Assembly (NCBI GenBank): GCA_016839585.1 | Contig: JAEOTZ010000072.1 | Coordinates: 87,355 to 151,354, forward strand | Length of the DNA: 64,000 nt | From: Promethearchaeota archaeon | GTDB lineage: Archaea; Asgardarchaeota; Lokiarchaeia; Sigyniarchaeales; SOKP01 | Direction of reading: 5' to 3' | Shown here: one piece after another, positions 38,492 through 49,360 of the stretch | How the letters are laid out: every line of letters starts with the position of its first letter | How positions within the stretch are numbered: the first letter of the stretch is position 1 | Made by a program: the position numbers and the translations under genes | Notes under the pieces: generated by a model | What the model saw: only the letters and a program-made list of their open reading frames with translations | Told to the model about the DNA's origin: nothing | Databases searched by the model: none

Positions 38492-41449
38492 TTAAGCTCT
38501 AAAGAAATTTTCTTTTATATGTTGTAAAACCTTTACAGAGGATACTCCTTTTTTAGTTATGAATCCTTGCCCAAAATCGGCTTTACCTCCACCTTTTCCA
38601 TTAAAATGTTTAACTGTTTTTGATACTATAGTCCCAATATTAATATCAGATTTCAATAATAAATTCCGCCCTGACATGGCCATAAGTATAATGCCTTCCT
38701 CGCTTTGATTTGAAATAAATGTAATGGAATTTGGTTCCTTTTTCAGAAGTTTCTGGCTCAAATTCTTTAAATCCTCTGTGTTTAAATTATTTGTTGATTC
38801 AAAAATTAACTTAGTATTTTGATAATTCTGAGCATTTTTTATCATTTTTTGAATCGATTCATCACTAAATAAATCCTTGATGTCAGACAACTTTTGTTTT
38901 CCTTCTACCCATTCATCATAAAGTTTTTGAATTTTACTTGGCACATTATCTTTTTTAATACTTAAGAATTGAGAAATTTCTGTTAGCACATCACCTTCAA
39001 ATGTTTCAGAGGAGGTTAATTGTAAATCACTCTCATTTACTTTACCAGATTTAAGTGCTCTATTGACATTTCTCCACTTTTCAAATAATTCTTTTACTCG
39101 TCCTACGAGTTGCTTACGATCAACATTAAACAGAACCTTTAATTGATCAAGAATTTTTTTATGCTTTTGCCTTAACTTTTCTGTAGCCTCTCCTGCTGTA
39201 AAAGTAAGCCTAACAATGCCATCTTGAATCTTCTGTGATTTTGTAATGTGTATATAACCTGCTTCAGAAGTGTTATTTAGATGTGTACCTCCACAAGCCT
39301 CTACTTCAATATTTGGGATTTCTACAATTCGTATTTGCTTGCCAGGCACAGCTCCACCTTGATATATTGTCATTCCATATTTCTTTTCTGCTTCAGAGCG
39401 AGGAATAAAACTAAGATTTAGATCTATCGCTTTATCAATGATTTTATTAGCTTTTTTTTCGATTTCATTTAATATTTCTCTCGAAATTTGTTCATTGTGA
39501 GTTAAATCGAGGGAACTACTCTTAAGTGTCTTCTTTGCTCCCGCTTGATTAATATGGCTACCTAAAACTTCACGAGCAGCTGCATTTACAATATGAGTAG
39601 CAGTATGGTGTTGCGAAAGTTGTTTACGCCAATTTTTATCAACTTTGATTTTAACTATATCACCTTCTTTAAATTTTGGCTTCTTTTCAAGAACGTGAAT
39701 TACATGATTACCTTGTTTAAAAACATCGTAAAATTTTTGACCATTAATATCACCTATATCATGGAGTTGTCCTCCAGAAGTAGGGTAAGCAACTGACTGG
39801 TCTAAAACAACCATATTATCGATTATTTTCAAAACTTTAGCGTTATTAGATATATTAGTATAATCATAATAATACAACGATTTGGTTTCAGGTATTCCTG
39901 CTAAATCTAATTCAATTTCTTTTTGGGTTGCATGAATCTGCTCAGTTTTTTCATGTCTTTCTACGACCAAACTATAGAAATTATCAGGTATCTTTACTAT
40001 TTTATTAAATTTTTTGGCAGTTTCTTTTACCAATTCAGGATTAATACCATTAGAATCATATAATTCAATTAAAGTTTCAATAGTAATTTCTCCTTTTTCA
40101 AATTCTTTTTCCAATATTCTTTTTGCTTTTTTCTTGTTAGCATAATATTTCTCCTTTTCAACATTCAAAATTTTCCTAATTTCATTCAAATGTTCTGAAA
40201 CTTCTGGAAAAATATCTTTTAATTCTTTAGCATGCCAATCACAGACATCAGAAATATCGATATTCCAATTAAATTTATCTATAAAGCTTATCGCACGTCT
40301 AAAAATTACTCTCAGGTTATAACCCCCTCCCACATTAGAAGGAAGTTTCCCATCATTAATAGCAAATAGTAGACTTCTAGCATGTTCTGCTATAGAATAT
40401 AAAGCGGTCATTGGTAGTATTTTATTTATAAGTTCATTCGGATCCATATTTAATTCATTCCCAACTCTTTGCCATGCAGAATCCATATCATCAACTTCAT
40501 CAATGTTTAAAAAGGCAGAATAACGGGAAAATCTATTATATAAGTGCAAATCTAAATCGATATTGGTGATTTCTCTTAATTTTGACAATACATAAGGAAA
40601 TATTGCCTCATACATATTAGGGGTTCCCTGCGAGAACCAAGCAACTCTCTCTTGACCAAGGCCCATATCTAATACTTTGAGTTTAAGTTCTTTTGGACCC
40701 TCGGGGGATTGTTCAAACAACATATATACTTGATTAAAAAGCTCTACACCTCTACTAAAAAATTCTAAACTACAACCAAATGAGCCCCCACCTGCCCAAG
40801 AATCTTCATGTATGGTTAATTCTTTCTTTGGGACACCAACACCTTTGTGAATGAAATCGTGCATGTCCATAAACAGTTCACCCTGATTCCATTCTTCTGG
40901 TGAAACGAATGAATGCTGCCCAATCATTACAAAGCCTGAATTATGTGAACCTGTCAATCCTACGTTTTCGATATCATTGAATCTTAGACAGAATTGAGGT
41001 ATTAAAAGCTTTTTGGCAGGAGGTTCAACTTCACCTGTAATTACATAAGGTTGGAAGGCAGAGATAGAAGCTATAGTAAATTCTGAAGTTGGATTCCACC
41101 TTGCCACACATGGGTATCTTTTTATTGGAACATACCCCCTTGGCTCTAAAACTTCTACAATCTTATCCCATACTCCTATAAATGAGAGCTTTTCTTTAGA
41201 TGGATTATTTACAGTAACTTGAAAACCTCCAGAGCACATGGGGTCTCCGCATACGGTTCTGTCTTCAAGTACTGTCCAAAAATAATTACCACAACATTCG
41301 CAGTGTTTTCTGATATATCCTAAATTTTTAAGTTCTTTAGTAGGAAAGTATTCATCAGGATTTTTAGACGCTATCTTTTTGAAAATTGACTTTAATTCTT
41401 TATCCGTTTGAGCGTGTTTCAATTTATCTAAAGCAGCTTTAGAAAGCAT
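38492..41449 (-). CDS. alaS: Alanyl-tRNA synthetase (archaeal type)
   Basis: TIASISAFQP, QFCLRFND, DMGLGQER, GGQLHD, editing HTATH...CGGTH, C-Ala GKGGG. Confidence 0.97.
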   Translation of the reverse strand: MLSKAALDKLKHAQTDKELKSIFKKIASKNPDEYFPTKELKNLGYIRKHCECCGNYFWTVLEDRTVCGDPMCSGGFQVTVNNPSKEKLSFIGVWDKIVEVLEPRGYVPIKRYPCVARWNPTSEFTIASISAFQPYVITGEVEPPAKKLLIPQFCLRFNDIENVGLTGSHNSGFVMIGQHSFVSPEEWNQGELFMDMHDFIHKGVGVPKKELTIHEDSWAGGGSFGCSLEFFSRGVELFNQVYMLFEQSPEGPKELKLKVLDMGLGQERVAWFSQGTPNMYEAIFPYVLSKLREITNIDLDLHLYNRFSRYSAFLNIDEVDDMDSAWQRVGNELNMDPNELINKILPMTALYSIAEHARSLLFAINDGKLPSNVGGGYNLRVIFRRAISFIDKFNWNIDISDVCDWHAKELKDIFPEVSEHLNEIRKILNVEKEKYYANKKKAKRILEKEFEKGEITIETLIELYDSNGINPELVKETAKKFNKIVKIPDNFYSLVVERHEKTEQIHATQKEIELDLAGIPETKSLYYYDYTNISNNAKVLKIIDNMVVLDQSVAYPTSGGQLHDIGDINGQKFYDVFKQGNHVIHVLEKKPKFKEGDIVKIKVDKNWRKQLSQHHTATHIVNAAAREVLGSHINQAGAKKTLKSSSLDLTHNEQISREILNEIEKKANKIIDKAIDLNLSFIPRSEAEKKYGMTIYQGGAVPGKQIRIVEIPNIEVEACGGTHLNNTSEAGYIHITKSQKIQDGIVRLTFTAGEATEKLRQKHKKILDQLKVLFNVDRKQLVGRVKELFEKWRNVNRALKSGKVNESDLQLTSSETFEGDVLTEISQFLSIKKDNVPSKIQKLYDEWVEGKQKLSDIKDLFSDESIQKMIKNAQNYQNTKLIFESTNNLNTEDLKNLSQKLLKKEPNSITFISNQSEEGIILMAMSGRNLLLKSDINIGTIVSKTVKHFNGKGGGKADFGQGFITKKGVSSVKVLQHIKENFFRA

Positions 41450-41724
41450 TGTAATACCACGATGTATAAAAAATAAATAATTACCTTATGAATTTAAATA
41501 ATTTATATCCTAAAATTTTTACCAAAATATTAATAATTAATTTACTTAATTTGTGAAAACTAACATATTGTCTAATATCTATATAATCTCTAATACTTGA
41601 AATCTTGAATTTGAAATAAATAAGTATTTTTATCATTCCATATAGATAAACCTTTTAAACAATAGAAATGATTTTTTATTTGCAAAAAAATTCTAATTTG
41701 AATTAAAATAGAGGTGGAAATCAA

Positions 41725-42027
41725 ATGGCTCATATTTTAGTTACAGGATGGTACCCGCCAAATAAGGGTAAGGAAATGGTGAAAGTTTATACTTCAAAGG
41801 ATAAACCAGCTTATCCCGATTTCGTAAAAAAGATTAATAATTGGGTAACAGCATCCACAGATGGTCAAATTAAAGCATATGCCGTATATGAATGTCCAGA
41901 TGATAAAATACTCGATACAATGAAAGCAATTGCTAAAAGATATACTTTATATTCTACAGTGGAAGGTTACAGATACTATGCTGAGTTATTGATGGATGCT
42001 GAAGAAGCTATCAAGCTTTTATTCTAA
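41725..42027 (+). CDS. Hypothetical protein (small alpha/beta)
   Basis: GAGGTG SD, clean 100-aa ORF, T-tract downstream. Confidence 0.7.
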   Translation: MAHILVTGWYPPNKGKEMVKVYTSKDKPAYPDFVKKINNWVTASTDGQIKAYAVYECPDDKILDTMKAIAKRYTLYSTVEGYRYYAELLMDAEEAIKLLF

Positions 42028-42147
42028 AAATAAACCAATAATCTTTTTTTTTAATTTCTAATACTCCTCATTTGGTGCATTTATTTGTATGAAGTAAGCT
42101 TAAATGTAAGTGATACTTTTTAAAATAAAAACCATTTTTTTTATAGA

Positions 42148-43449
42148 ATGATTGATGATTTTCACGCAATACTGTTGATACTGGTTTTATTTGCGATTTT
42201 GATGGCTTTTTTTTCTCAACAAAAGTTTGATTATTTCCCTATTGCATTAATCATAGGGGCCATCGCAGTAGTTTCAATGCTCACATTTACTGATGTTGAA
42301 GAGGAAGAAATTCTTGGGTTTATTAATTTTAAAACGTTAATCTTCCTATTTGCTATGCAGATAGTCATCTATTTTGCTATTGATGACCGAGTTTTGGAAT
42401 ATATCGCAATTAAATTGATTCATATCACGAAAGGAAATAATCGGTTATTCTTCTATATGATTTGTCTGTTTACGGGCATTATTGTCGGCTTTATAGAGGA
42501 TTTAACCCTCTCATTGATATTGGTTCCATTGATTTATAGGACATGCCGATTTTTAAAGATACCTGCTGGTACATACATGATGGGAATGACCATTACTATT
42601 AATATCGGTGCGATACTCACGCCTGTCTCGAGTTTAAAAAATTTAATAATCGGTCAAGAATTTAATTGGGGTTTTGGTGAGTATTTTGCTAATATGGGTA
42701 TTTTATTTCTAATCACGTTAATATCCACCATTTACTTGATTGATAGACTTCTATTAAAAAATGAAGAAAAACCAACTGAAGAAAATAAGAAGATATTTTT
42801 ATCAATGATTGACCCCGGGGTTGTGATCAGGAATAAGAATTACTTTTTAACGACAGCCTTCATTCTTCTCGCCACCTTCGTGTTCATGATCTTAGGATTC
42901 GAACCTGCTCTTGTCGCTATCATATCTGCAGCTATCCTTCTTCTTACTCACTCTAAGAATTCGAATTTCTCAGATCTTAAAAACGATATTGAGTGGAGAA
43001 TCATCATTACTTTTGCGATTTTGTTCATTCTTTCGAATTCTTTATCAAGATATGGCTTTTCAGAGTTAATCTCCACAGGTTTGGTAGATTTGGTGAATGA
43101 CAACATTTATCTTGCCGTATTGATAACATTAAGCCTCTCTTCTCTGTTCTCCGCATTTCTTGCTGGAACACCTGTTACCATCATTCTTCTCCCGATTTTT
43201 TCGGCATTCATAGGAGAAGGTTTCTTTCCTAACCCAATCATAATTGCTTTCATAGGTGGTGTTAACATGGCAGGTAATTTTTTACCACAAGGCTCTGCAT
43301 GTGATCTTCTCACCCTATCAATGGCAAAAAAATATGAAGTGGTGAATTTGAATTACAAGCGTTTACTAAAAAATGGCTCATTTTTCGCAATGATTCACTT
43401 TTTAATTATATTGGGATATACAATGCTTTACACATTAATTTTAAGTTAA
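42148..43449 (+). CDS. ArsB/NhaD/SLC13-family transporter (paralog of 6743..8098)
   Basis: FIED, GMTITINIGAILTP, AGNFLPQGSA shared with the first copy. Confidence 0.8.
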   Translation: MIDDFHAILLILVLFAILMAFFSQQKFDYFPIALIIGAIAVVSMLTFTDVEEEEILGFINFKTLIFLFAMQIVIYFAIDDRVLEYIAIKLIHITKGNNRLFFYMICLFTGIIVGFIEDLTLSLILVPLIYRTCRFLKIPAGTYMMGMTITINIGAILTPVSSLKNLIIGQEFNWGFGEYFANMGILFLITLISTIYLIDRLLLKNEEKPTEENKKIFLSMIDPGVVIRNKNYFLTTAFILLATFVFMILGFEPALVAIISAAILLLTHSKNSNFSDLKNDIEWRIIITFAILFILSNSLSRYGFSELISTGLVDLVNDNIYLAVLITLSLSSLFSAFLAGTPVTIILLPIFSAFIGEGFFPNPIIIAFIGGVNMAGNFLPQGSACDLLTLSMAKKYEVVNLNYKRLLKNGSFFAMIHFLIILGYTMLYTLILS

Positions 43450-43464
43450 GTGATTTATTACTTT

Positions 43465-43917
43465 TTATAATTCTAGAACTTGAAGTCTTGAATATCCTTC
43501 TTTAATAAAATCATAGTCAAGAAGTTCAATTTTTTCAGGTATAATTTTTAATAAAAGCTTTCTTTTTCCTCGGACAATTTTCTGAGCTTTTTCGAATTCT
43601 TCATCTCCTTCTTTTAAAAATATAATTCTTTCTTTCCCAGAAGCCGTAATCTGCATTCCTTGGATTTTTCCTTCAGATAAGGGAGTATAGATGCCAATAC
43701 TAACAATTGGATTGTTTTCAATATTCTTAACTTTTCTTCCAGGGGCAGGTCCTACATATATATTAAAACTGTCTTTCTCTGTATAGAAATCCATAGGAGT
43801 TGCTCGGGGGATATTATTGCTACAAGTACACAGTACTAACACTTTTCTTTTATCCAAGAAATTTAGGATCTCACTTTTTAATTTAGCTTTAGGCATTCCA
43901 CTCATTAAATTTATCAC
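43465..43917 (-). CDS. Pyridoxamine-5'-phosphate-oxidase-like split-barrel flavin-binding protein
   Basis: LCTC..NIPRATPM, RKVKNIENNPIVS, GMQI. Confidence 0.75.
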   Translation of the reverse strand: MINLMSGMPKAKLKSEILNFLDKRKVLVLCTCSNNIPRATPMDFYTEKDSFNIYVGPAPGRKVKNIENNPIVSIGIYTPLSEGKIQGMQITASGKERIIFLKEGDEEFEKAQKIVRGKRKLLLKIIPEKIELLDYDFIKEGYSRLQVLEL

Positions 43918-44038
43918 GTTGAAATTTTATTATATGTTATTATCATTAAAAACATACAAACAAAATAAAGTTTAGAAAAACAATTCTAACTTCTGAATAT
44001 TATATAGTTTTACTAAAAAACAAGAATTTAAAAAAGAG

Positions 44039-45202
44039 TTAAATTCCAACTACACTTATGGGCACAGAATCATTATCTGAATCTATAGCTGCTTTCACAT
44101 AGGGAGAAACTGGTCCATTTGCTACAACCATAATTTTTATCTTTGAACCTAAGGTTGCATCCATACTTGTTCCGAATTTTAGCTGTGCACTCTTAGGGAT
44201 TTCATTTGAAATAGTCGAAATGACTTTATCTACATTATCTAAAGATAAGGTATGATCACCTGTTACTGATACTAAGCATCTCTTAACTTGACTAGGATCT
44301 GGCTTCAAAAGTGGATTATTTAAAGCCAATTTTGATTTTTCAATTAAATCTGATTCATCTCCTAAAGATTCAGTTATTCCGATTAATCCAGAAGGATATT
44401 TTTCTTTCCGTTCAAAGACTCTTTTTACATCTGCGAAATCTATATTTACTAACCCACAATTATTAATCAAGTTCACAACTTCACCGATATTTCTTATTAA
44501 CACTTCATCCATTATTTTAAAACCTGTAATCATAGGGATCTTTCCTACAATATGTAATAGATTATCATTTGGGATTGCAATTAATGTATCAGAATACTCG
44601 GCTAAATTTTTAAGACCAGAATTGGCTCTAATTAATCTTTGATCACCTTCAGATTTAAATGGAAGTGAGCAGAATGTAACAACTATACAATTATTTTTTT
44701 TTGCTTCTTGTGCTATAATCGGCGCTGCACCTGTACCTGTACCTCCACCTAAACCACAAGTTAGGAAGATAATATCAGCATTCAATGTTTTACGAATTCT
44801 TTCACGATCTTCTTCTGCAGCTTCAGCTCCAACGGAAGGATCATTTCCAGAACCCAATCCATTACATCTTTCTTTTCCGATTAAGATTTTATGTTTTGCA
44901 TTCGAATAATATAAATCGTGAGCATCAGTATTAATATTTAAAGTTTCAGCATCACTAATACCCATATCCTCTAATCGGGAAACTGTGTTGTTTCCTGCCC
45001 CACCAACACCAACAACCAAAGATCTAATTCTTAAAACTTTTACTAAGTCCGAAAGAAACTTATCATCATCACAGACATTATCAGGATTTGCATTTTGTTT
45101 ATGAAAATTTTTGATTTCATTAAATCTTGATCTTACAGATAAACGACTTTGCGCTAAATCTGTTAAATCAATTCGTTCCTCATCTTTCAATTTTATCAGC
45201 AT
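44039..45202 (-). CDS. ftsZ: Cell division protein FtsZ
   Basis: VGVGGAGNN, NTD, GLGSG, GLGGGTGTG, PF..EG, NIDFAD T7 loop. Confidence 0.95.
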   Translation of the reverse strand: MLIKLKDEERIDLTDLAQSRLSVRSRFNEIKNFHKQNANPDNVCDDDKFLSDLVKVLRIRSLVVGVGGAGNNTVSRLEDMGISDAETLNINTDAHDLYYSNAKHKILIGKERCNGLGSGNDPSVGAEAAEEDRERIRKTLNADIIFLTCGLGGGTGTGAAPIIAQEAKKNNCIVVTFCSLPFKSEGDQRLIRANSGLKNLAEYSDTLIAIPNDNLLHIVGKIPMITGFKIMDEVLIRNIGEVVNLINNCGLVNIDFADVKRVFERKEKYPSGLIGITESLGDESDLIEKSKLALNNPLLKPDPSQVKRCLVSVTGDHTLSLDNVDKVISTISNEIPKSAQLKFGTSMDATLGSKIKIMVVANGPVSPYVKAAIDSDNDSVPISVVGI

Positions 45203-45474
45203 AAACCAAAGTTATTATAATACGAGAGAAATATTAGAATAATATATGGAAGTAATACTTACATAATATGAGAAACAAACTCCCAAACTCTTATCAAATT
45301 ACAGTTTTACAATATTTTAATACAACAAAATCATCAAATCAAAAAATCTGAAAAAATAAGTCTTATTTTAATTATTTATAATCTTATTGTTCGTGTGAAA
45401 TAAATGACATACTTTAGTAGAAGAAAATTTATAAGTCTGAATTTTCATGAATATAGTGTTAAGGGTTTTAAAAT

Positions 45475-45714
45475 ATGGAAATTGATAATATAAAAAATAC
45501 TAGCGGTAAATCTGACAGTGCTTCAGAACATAGTGATTTGATAAATGTAAGAGCTATAATTAGCTGTCCAAATTGCGGCTATAAAAAGAAGTTTAAAAAT
45601 CAATTTCCTCGGAATCAAATGGAATTATTAGTTACCTGTGTTAAAATTTTCGATTGGCTTACATGTAACAAGTGTGGAGAGATGTTAAAATTAGATTTAG
45701 AGTTCAATGTTTAA
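45475..45714 (+). CDS. Small Zn-ribbon protein
   Basis: CPNCG...CNKCG. Confidence 0.65.
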   Translation: MEIDNIKNTSGKSDSASEHSDLINVRAIISCPNCGYKKKFKNQFPRNQMELLVTCVKIFDWLTCNKCGEMLKLDLEFNV

Positions 45715-45767
45715 TTATTAAAAATCCTTAACAGATTTTTTTTAACTGATAAGTAAAATTTTTATTA

Positions 45768-47078
45768 TTATAATTCAAGTTTTATTTGACCGTATGTACC
45801 TCCTCCTCCAGGGGTATACTCAATCTCATTATTTCTGAATGCTTTTATTATAGAACCAATATTTTTATCAAAATTATCGATTTTATCAAGTGGAAGATCG
45901 ATTAAAATCTCAAACTCAGTGCCCAGTTCATCAATTATTTTATTATATTCATTTAAAACTGATTTGCTTGTTGTGCTCTTTATTTTTTTGAGGGAGCGGA
46001 TGATATCTATTAATGGAACAGCATTTATATAATTGGGTCTATGATCTGGATGAACAGGTTTCTCATTTGTTGAAATAACATCAATTCTTTCACTTACACC
46101 TAATTTTACTTTATAATCTTTACCTATTTCTTCTTTACAGGCAGGACAAACCATTTTATTTTTTGCTACTTGGTTAATATATTGAATTTTAGCTGCCTGC
46201 GGGTTATTCGTGAAAATTATTATGAAATCTTCCGTAATTGAATATTGATTAAATACATTCTGAATATTTTTTTTTGATTTCTTAAATAGGATTCTCCTTC
46301 GACACTTATTACAAAACATATTATAGTATTTTCCAAGCTTAGGATGTAGTCCTACATTTAATATAATCCTTCTGTTTTCTTTTCGTTTAATTGCTAATAA
46401 TATTTCTTCAAAAGAAGGATTATCAATATCAAATTTGTTAAATTCTCTGCCTAAAGATCGAGGATCTTGTGAATGGGCATCGCTATTACTTAAAAATGTA
46501 ACATTTTTTAGGCATTCTAACCTATCTGCGAGATCACTATTAGCAGATAATCCTAATTCTATAAAAGAGACTTTTTTGTTTGCATCTTGATAACATTCTT
46601 CAAGAGTCTTAAATTTATTCTGCCGGAATATTGCTTTAAAAGGTGTAAAGGCATGTGCTGGACCAATTAAAACCCCTTCTTCCGATATTATATCAACTAA
46701 TTCTGCGGGAGATAAATTTACTCTTGGGCGACCCCCCCATTGATCTAAAATGTTTTTTGAGTAAGGTGCTAACTTTTTTTGAATTTTTCTTACTGTATCA
46801 AAACTTTCAAAAAAAACAACTTCATGCACACTTTCTTGATCTTCTATTTCAGATTGAAGAATAAAATAAATATCCTTATAAGAATACGCACCATCGCTAT
46901 TCATTTCTAGTTTTTGTTCCAAGTATTTTAGCCAATCTGGTTGTAATACATCTCCTGTCCCCAAAATATTCAAACCTTTTTTTCTACAAGTTTCAACCAT
47001 CGTATCTAAGCTTAAGGATTTTGAAACTCCAATAGAATGTGGAGAATGAATATGTAAATCAGCGTTGTATATTTTCAT
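45768..47078 (-). CDS. Endonuclease Q family (PHP domain plus Zn finger)
   Basis: ADLHIHS, GTGD, PAHAFTP, ELGLSA, SNSDAHS, LGRE, GKY..CNKC...CPAC, GVSER, PGGGGTYG. Confidence 0.88.
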   Translation of the reverse strand: MKIYNADLHIHSPHSIGVSKSLSLDTMVETCRKKGLNILGTGDVLQPDWLKYLEQKLEMNSDGAYSYKDIYFILQSEIEDQESVHEVVFFESFDTVRKIQKKLAPYSKNILDQWGGRPRVNLSPAELVDIISEEGVLIGPAHAFTPFKAIFRQNKFKTLEECYQDANKKVSFIELGLSANSDLADRLECLKNVTFLSNSDAHSQDPRSLGREFNKFDIDNPSFEEILLAIKRKENRRIILNVGLHPKLGKYYNMFCNKCRRRILFKKSKKNIQNVFNQYSITEDFIIIFTNNPQAAKIQYINQVAKNKMVCPACKEEIGKDYKVKLGVSERIDVISTNEKPVHPDHRPNYINAVPLIDIIRSLKKIKSTTSKSVLNEYNKIIDELGTEFEILIDLPLDKIDNFDKNIGSIIKAFRNNEIEYTPGGGGTYGQIKLEL

Positions 47079-47099
47079 TGAAATATCTATGGTTTTTAA

Positions 47100-48149
47100 T
47101 TATTTTAAAATTATCATTTTATCATTAATCTGATCAGTTAATAATATCCGAAGATATTCTTCTTTATCTTGAAAATTAACTTGTTCTAGCTTTCCCTCAA
47201 CTAAAATAGTTTCACCTTCTTTTGCATGCTCACAAAATCGACCTCTAAATGAGTTTATCTCATAAATATCTTTAACATCAATCTTATTGGAAATAAGTTG
47301 ACTATCTAATAATCTCAAACATTTAATTTTGTAAGAGCAAGGAGTAAATATTGAATCTTTCGAATCTGTAATTATCGCTTTTATTTTAAGCCTTCCATAA
47401 TTTTTATACCTATAATCATAAAAATTTCCCTTCCAATCTTCGGGATTTTTTATATACCTAATAAAAAAATCAATTCTATGAAATTTTCCTTGATGAAGCT
47501 TTCTTTTTTCACTTATCATGAAATCTTCAAAAGAGATATCAGATCCACCAACTCTCCAATTATAATGATGTCTAAATTCTTCTAAAGTATATGTTCTACA
47601 ATTCTTTGATTCAAATAATATCTTTTTTAATCTTTCTTGGAATTTCAAGCTTGTTTTTGTGCCATAAACTATTATATCAATATCAGAATCATCCTTATTT
47701 AATCCAACCATAGTAGAACCTGAAATTCCTATTGAATTTTCAGAAATTTCTCCTTTTGTAATGAAAAAGTCACATAACTCTTTTGATATTTTCTCATTAT
47801 TATTCATAGTTACTTTTTCTTTCAAAATTTTGAAGAAATGTCTGGGGGTATATATATGCTTAATCTCATCATTTTTTACTCCTTGTAGCTCTAAATCTAG
47901 CTCTTTAGAATAAAAAAGATAATTAGGGAATTTCTCTCTTAAAATTGAATATCTTTCATTAATATTGTAGATTTTTCTAAAACGCATACCACTTTTTATC
48001 CTATCTCCTTCCGGATGTGGATAAAATCTTAAAAAGCAGATTTTTCTATCATCAGGATGGAGTAAGCCCTTAATATCAAAAAATAGATTATGTTTCTTGG
48101 TTTCTATATAATCTCCTTCAATTCCTTCAATAATTTCCATGAATTTCAC
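47100..48149 (-). CDS. Pol-beta-superfamily nucleotidyltransferase (archaeal COG1665-like)
   Basis: EGDY, HP..R...LRFYP, GISGS...SDIDIIVYG. Confidence 0.78.
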   Translation of the reverse strand: MKFMEIIEGIEGDYIETKKHNLFFDIKGLLHPDDRKICFLRFYPHPEGDRIKSGMRFRKIYNINERYSILREKFPNYLFYSKELDLELQGVKNDEIKHIYTPRHFFKILKEKVTMNNNEKISKELCDFFITKGEISENSIGISGSTMVGLNKDDSDIDIIVYGTKTSLKFQERLKKILFESKNCRTYTLEEFRHHYNWRVGGSDISFEDFMISEKRKLHQGKFHRIDFFIRYIKNPEDWKGNFYDYRYKNYGRLKIKAIITDSKDSIFTPCSYKIKCLRLLDSQLISNKIDVKDIYEINSFRGRFCEHAKEGETILVEGKLEQVNFQDKEEYLRILLTDQINDKMIILK

Positions 48150-48160
48150 TATAAGATTAA

Positions 48161-49177
48161 TTAATATTTTGAAGGAGTCTTTGTTTTAATTTTGTATTTT
48201 GGGATAGTTTTAGCCTTTCTTAATTCTTTTTCAAAATCTCTTTTTTCTCTTAGAAACCTCTCCTTGTCTCTTTCTAATTTTTCTCTTTCCCGTTTTATTG
48301 TATTTTTCTCATTATGTATCATTGATTTTTCTTTTTCCAATTTTTTATACTCATTATTTAGTCTTCTAAGTTTTTCCTCTAAGTCAGGAATTTTGCGTGT
48401 TAATGTGTAATACTGATCTTCTGCAAGAGGAACTTTTCTATTTAACTCTTTTAATCTTGCTTGTTGTTCCCGTTTTCTCTTTTCCAAAGCGTTTCCATCC
48501 CTTTCTACTTTATCTCTATATTTTTTCAGATCTACTTTTTTCTTATCAATTTCACTAGCTTTTAGATTTAAATCTTTTATTTTATAATGAGCTTTTTCTC
48601 TATCTTCTTTTAATTTTTGCTTTTCATCAGAAATTCGATTTTTTTCACCAAAAATCTCCCTCCTAAAGTTATCAATTTCCGTATTTAAATTATCTCTTTC
48701 TTTGGTTAGATGCTTAATTTCGTTCCTTAAATCCATTAATTTATTTTCTAAATCGTTAATAGTTCTCTTTAAAGCACTTTCTCTTCTTTCCATGTTAGGT
48801 ATTTTAGTTTTAATTCGTTTAATCCTTTCTAAATCATCTCGAATTCTTTCTAATTGTCTTTCTTCCTCATCCAAATGATGTTTTTTATCAAAAATATTAT
48901 TTTGTAGGTTAGTTATTTCATCTCGTAATTTATCACGATTATTAGAAAGATTTCTTATCTCTAATTCGGTCTGTTTTCTTTTCCTCTCAAGCTCATTTAG
49001 GTTGTTATTATACCCTTCCATTTGTTCGAGAACTTTCTGCCATTCACCTTTTTCTTTATTTAACTTTTTTCTCTCTTCTCTAATTTTATTTAGCAATTTC
49101 TTATCTGGTATTAATTCTAAATACTCATCTGGTGTTTTTTCATGAATTTCATATTTAGGAGGTATCTTATCTTTCAT
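48161..49177 (-). CDS. Long coiled-coil protein, unknown function
   Basis: About 290 aa of near-continuous K/E/R/L heptads; no ATPase motif or TM. Confidence 0.7.
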   Translation of the reverse strand: MKDKIPPKYEIHEKTPDEYLELIPDKKLLNKIREERKKLNKEKGEWQKVLEQMEGYNNNLNELERKRKQTELEIRNLSNNRDKLRDEITNLQNNIFDKKHHLDEEERQLERIRDDLERIKRIKTKIPNMERRESALKRTINDLENKLMDLRNEIKHLTKERDNLNTEIDNFRREIFGEKNRISDEKQKLKEDREKAHYKIKDLNLKASEIDKKKVDLKKYRDKVERDGNALEKRKREQQARLKELNRKVPLAEDQYYTLTRKIPDLEEKLRRLNNEYKKLEKEKSMIHNEKNTIKREREKLERDKERFLREKRDFEKELRKAKTIPKYKIKTKTPSKY

Positions 49178-49360
49178 ATTTATTCATTTTTCTTAAAAAT
49201 ATATTATTAAACTTAAAAATGGGTTGATTAATAAAGATTTTAATTTATTCTTATGAGATATTTTATTAAAATCTATTTATATAGAATAATTTCTATTATT
49301 TATATAAAATCATCCCTAAATAAAAGTAAAAGTCAATTATTAAATAAATGGTGTAGAATG

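Noticed and set aside
48161-49177. Coiled-coil protein as SMC/Rad50 or ESCRT-III
   Set aside because: No Walker motifs, hinge or zinc hook, and no recognisable Snf7 pattern.
49253-49357. N-terminal 35 aa of the ORF-track Ubl1
   Set aside because: AT-rich promoter-like sequence. The paralog begins at MSFDE, matching MGFDD, and an SD-like GGTG precedes 49358/49361.
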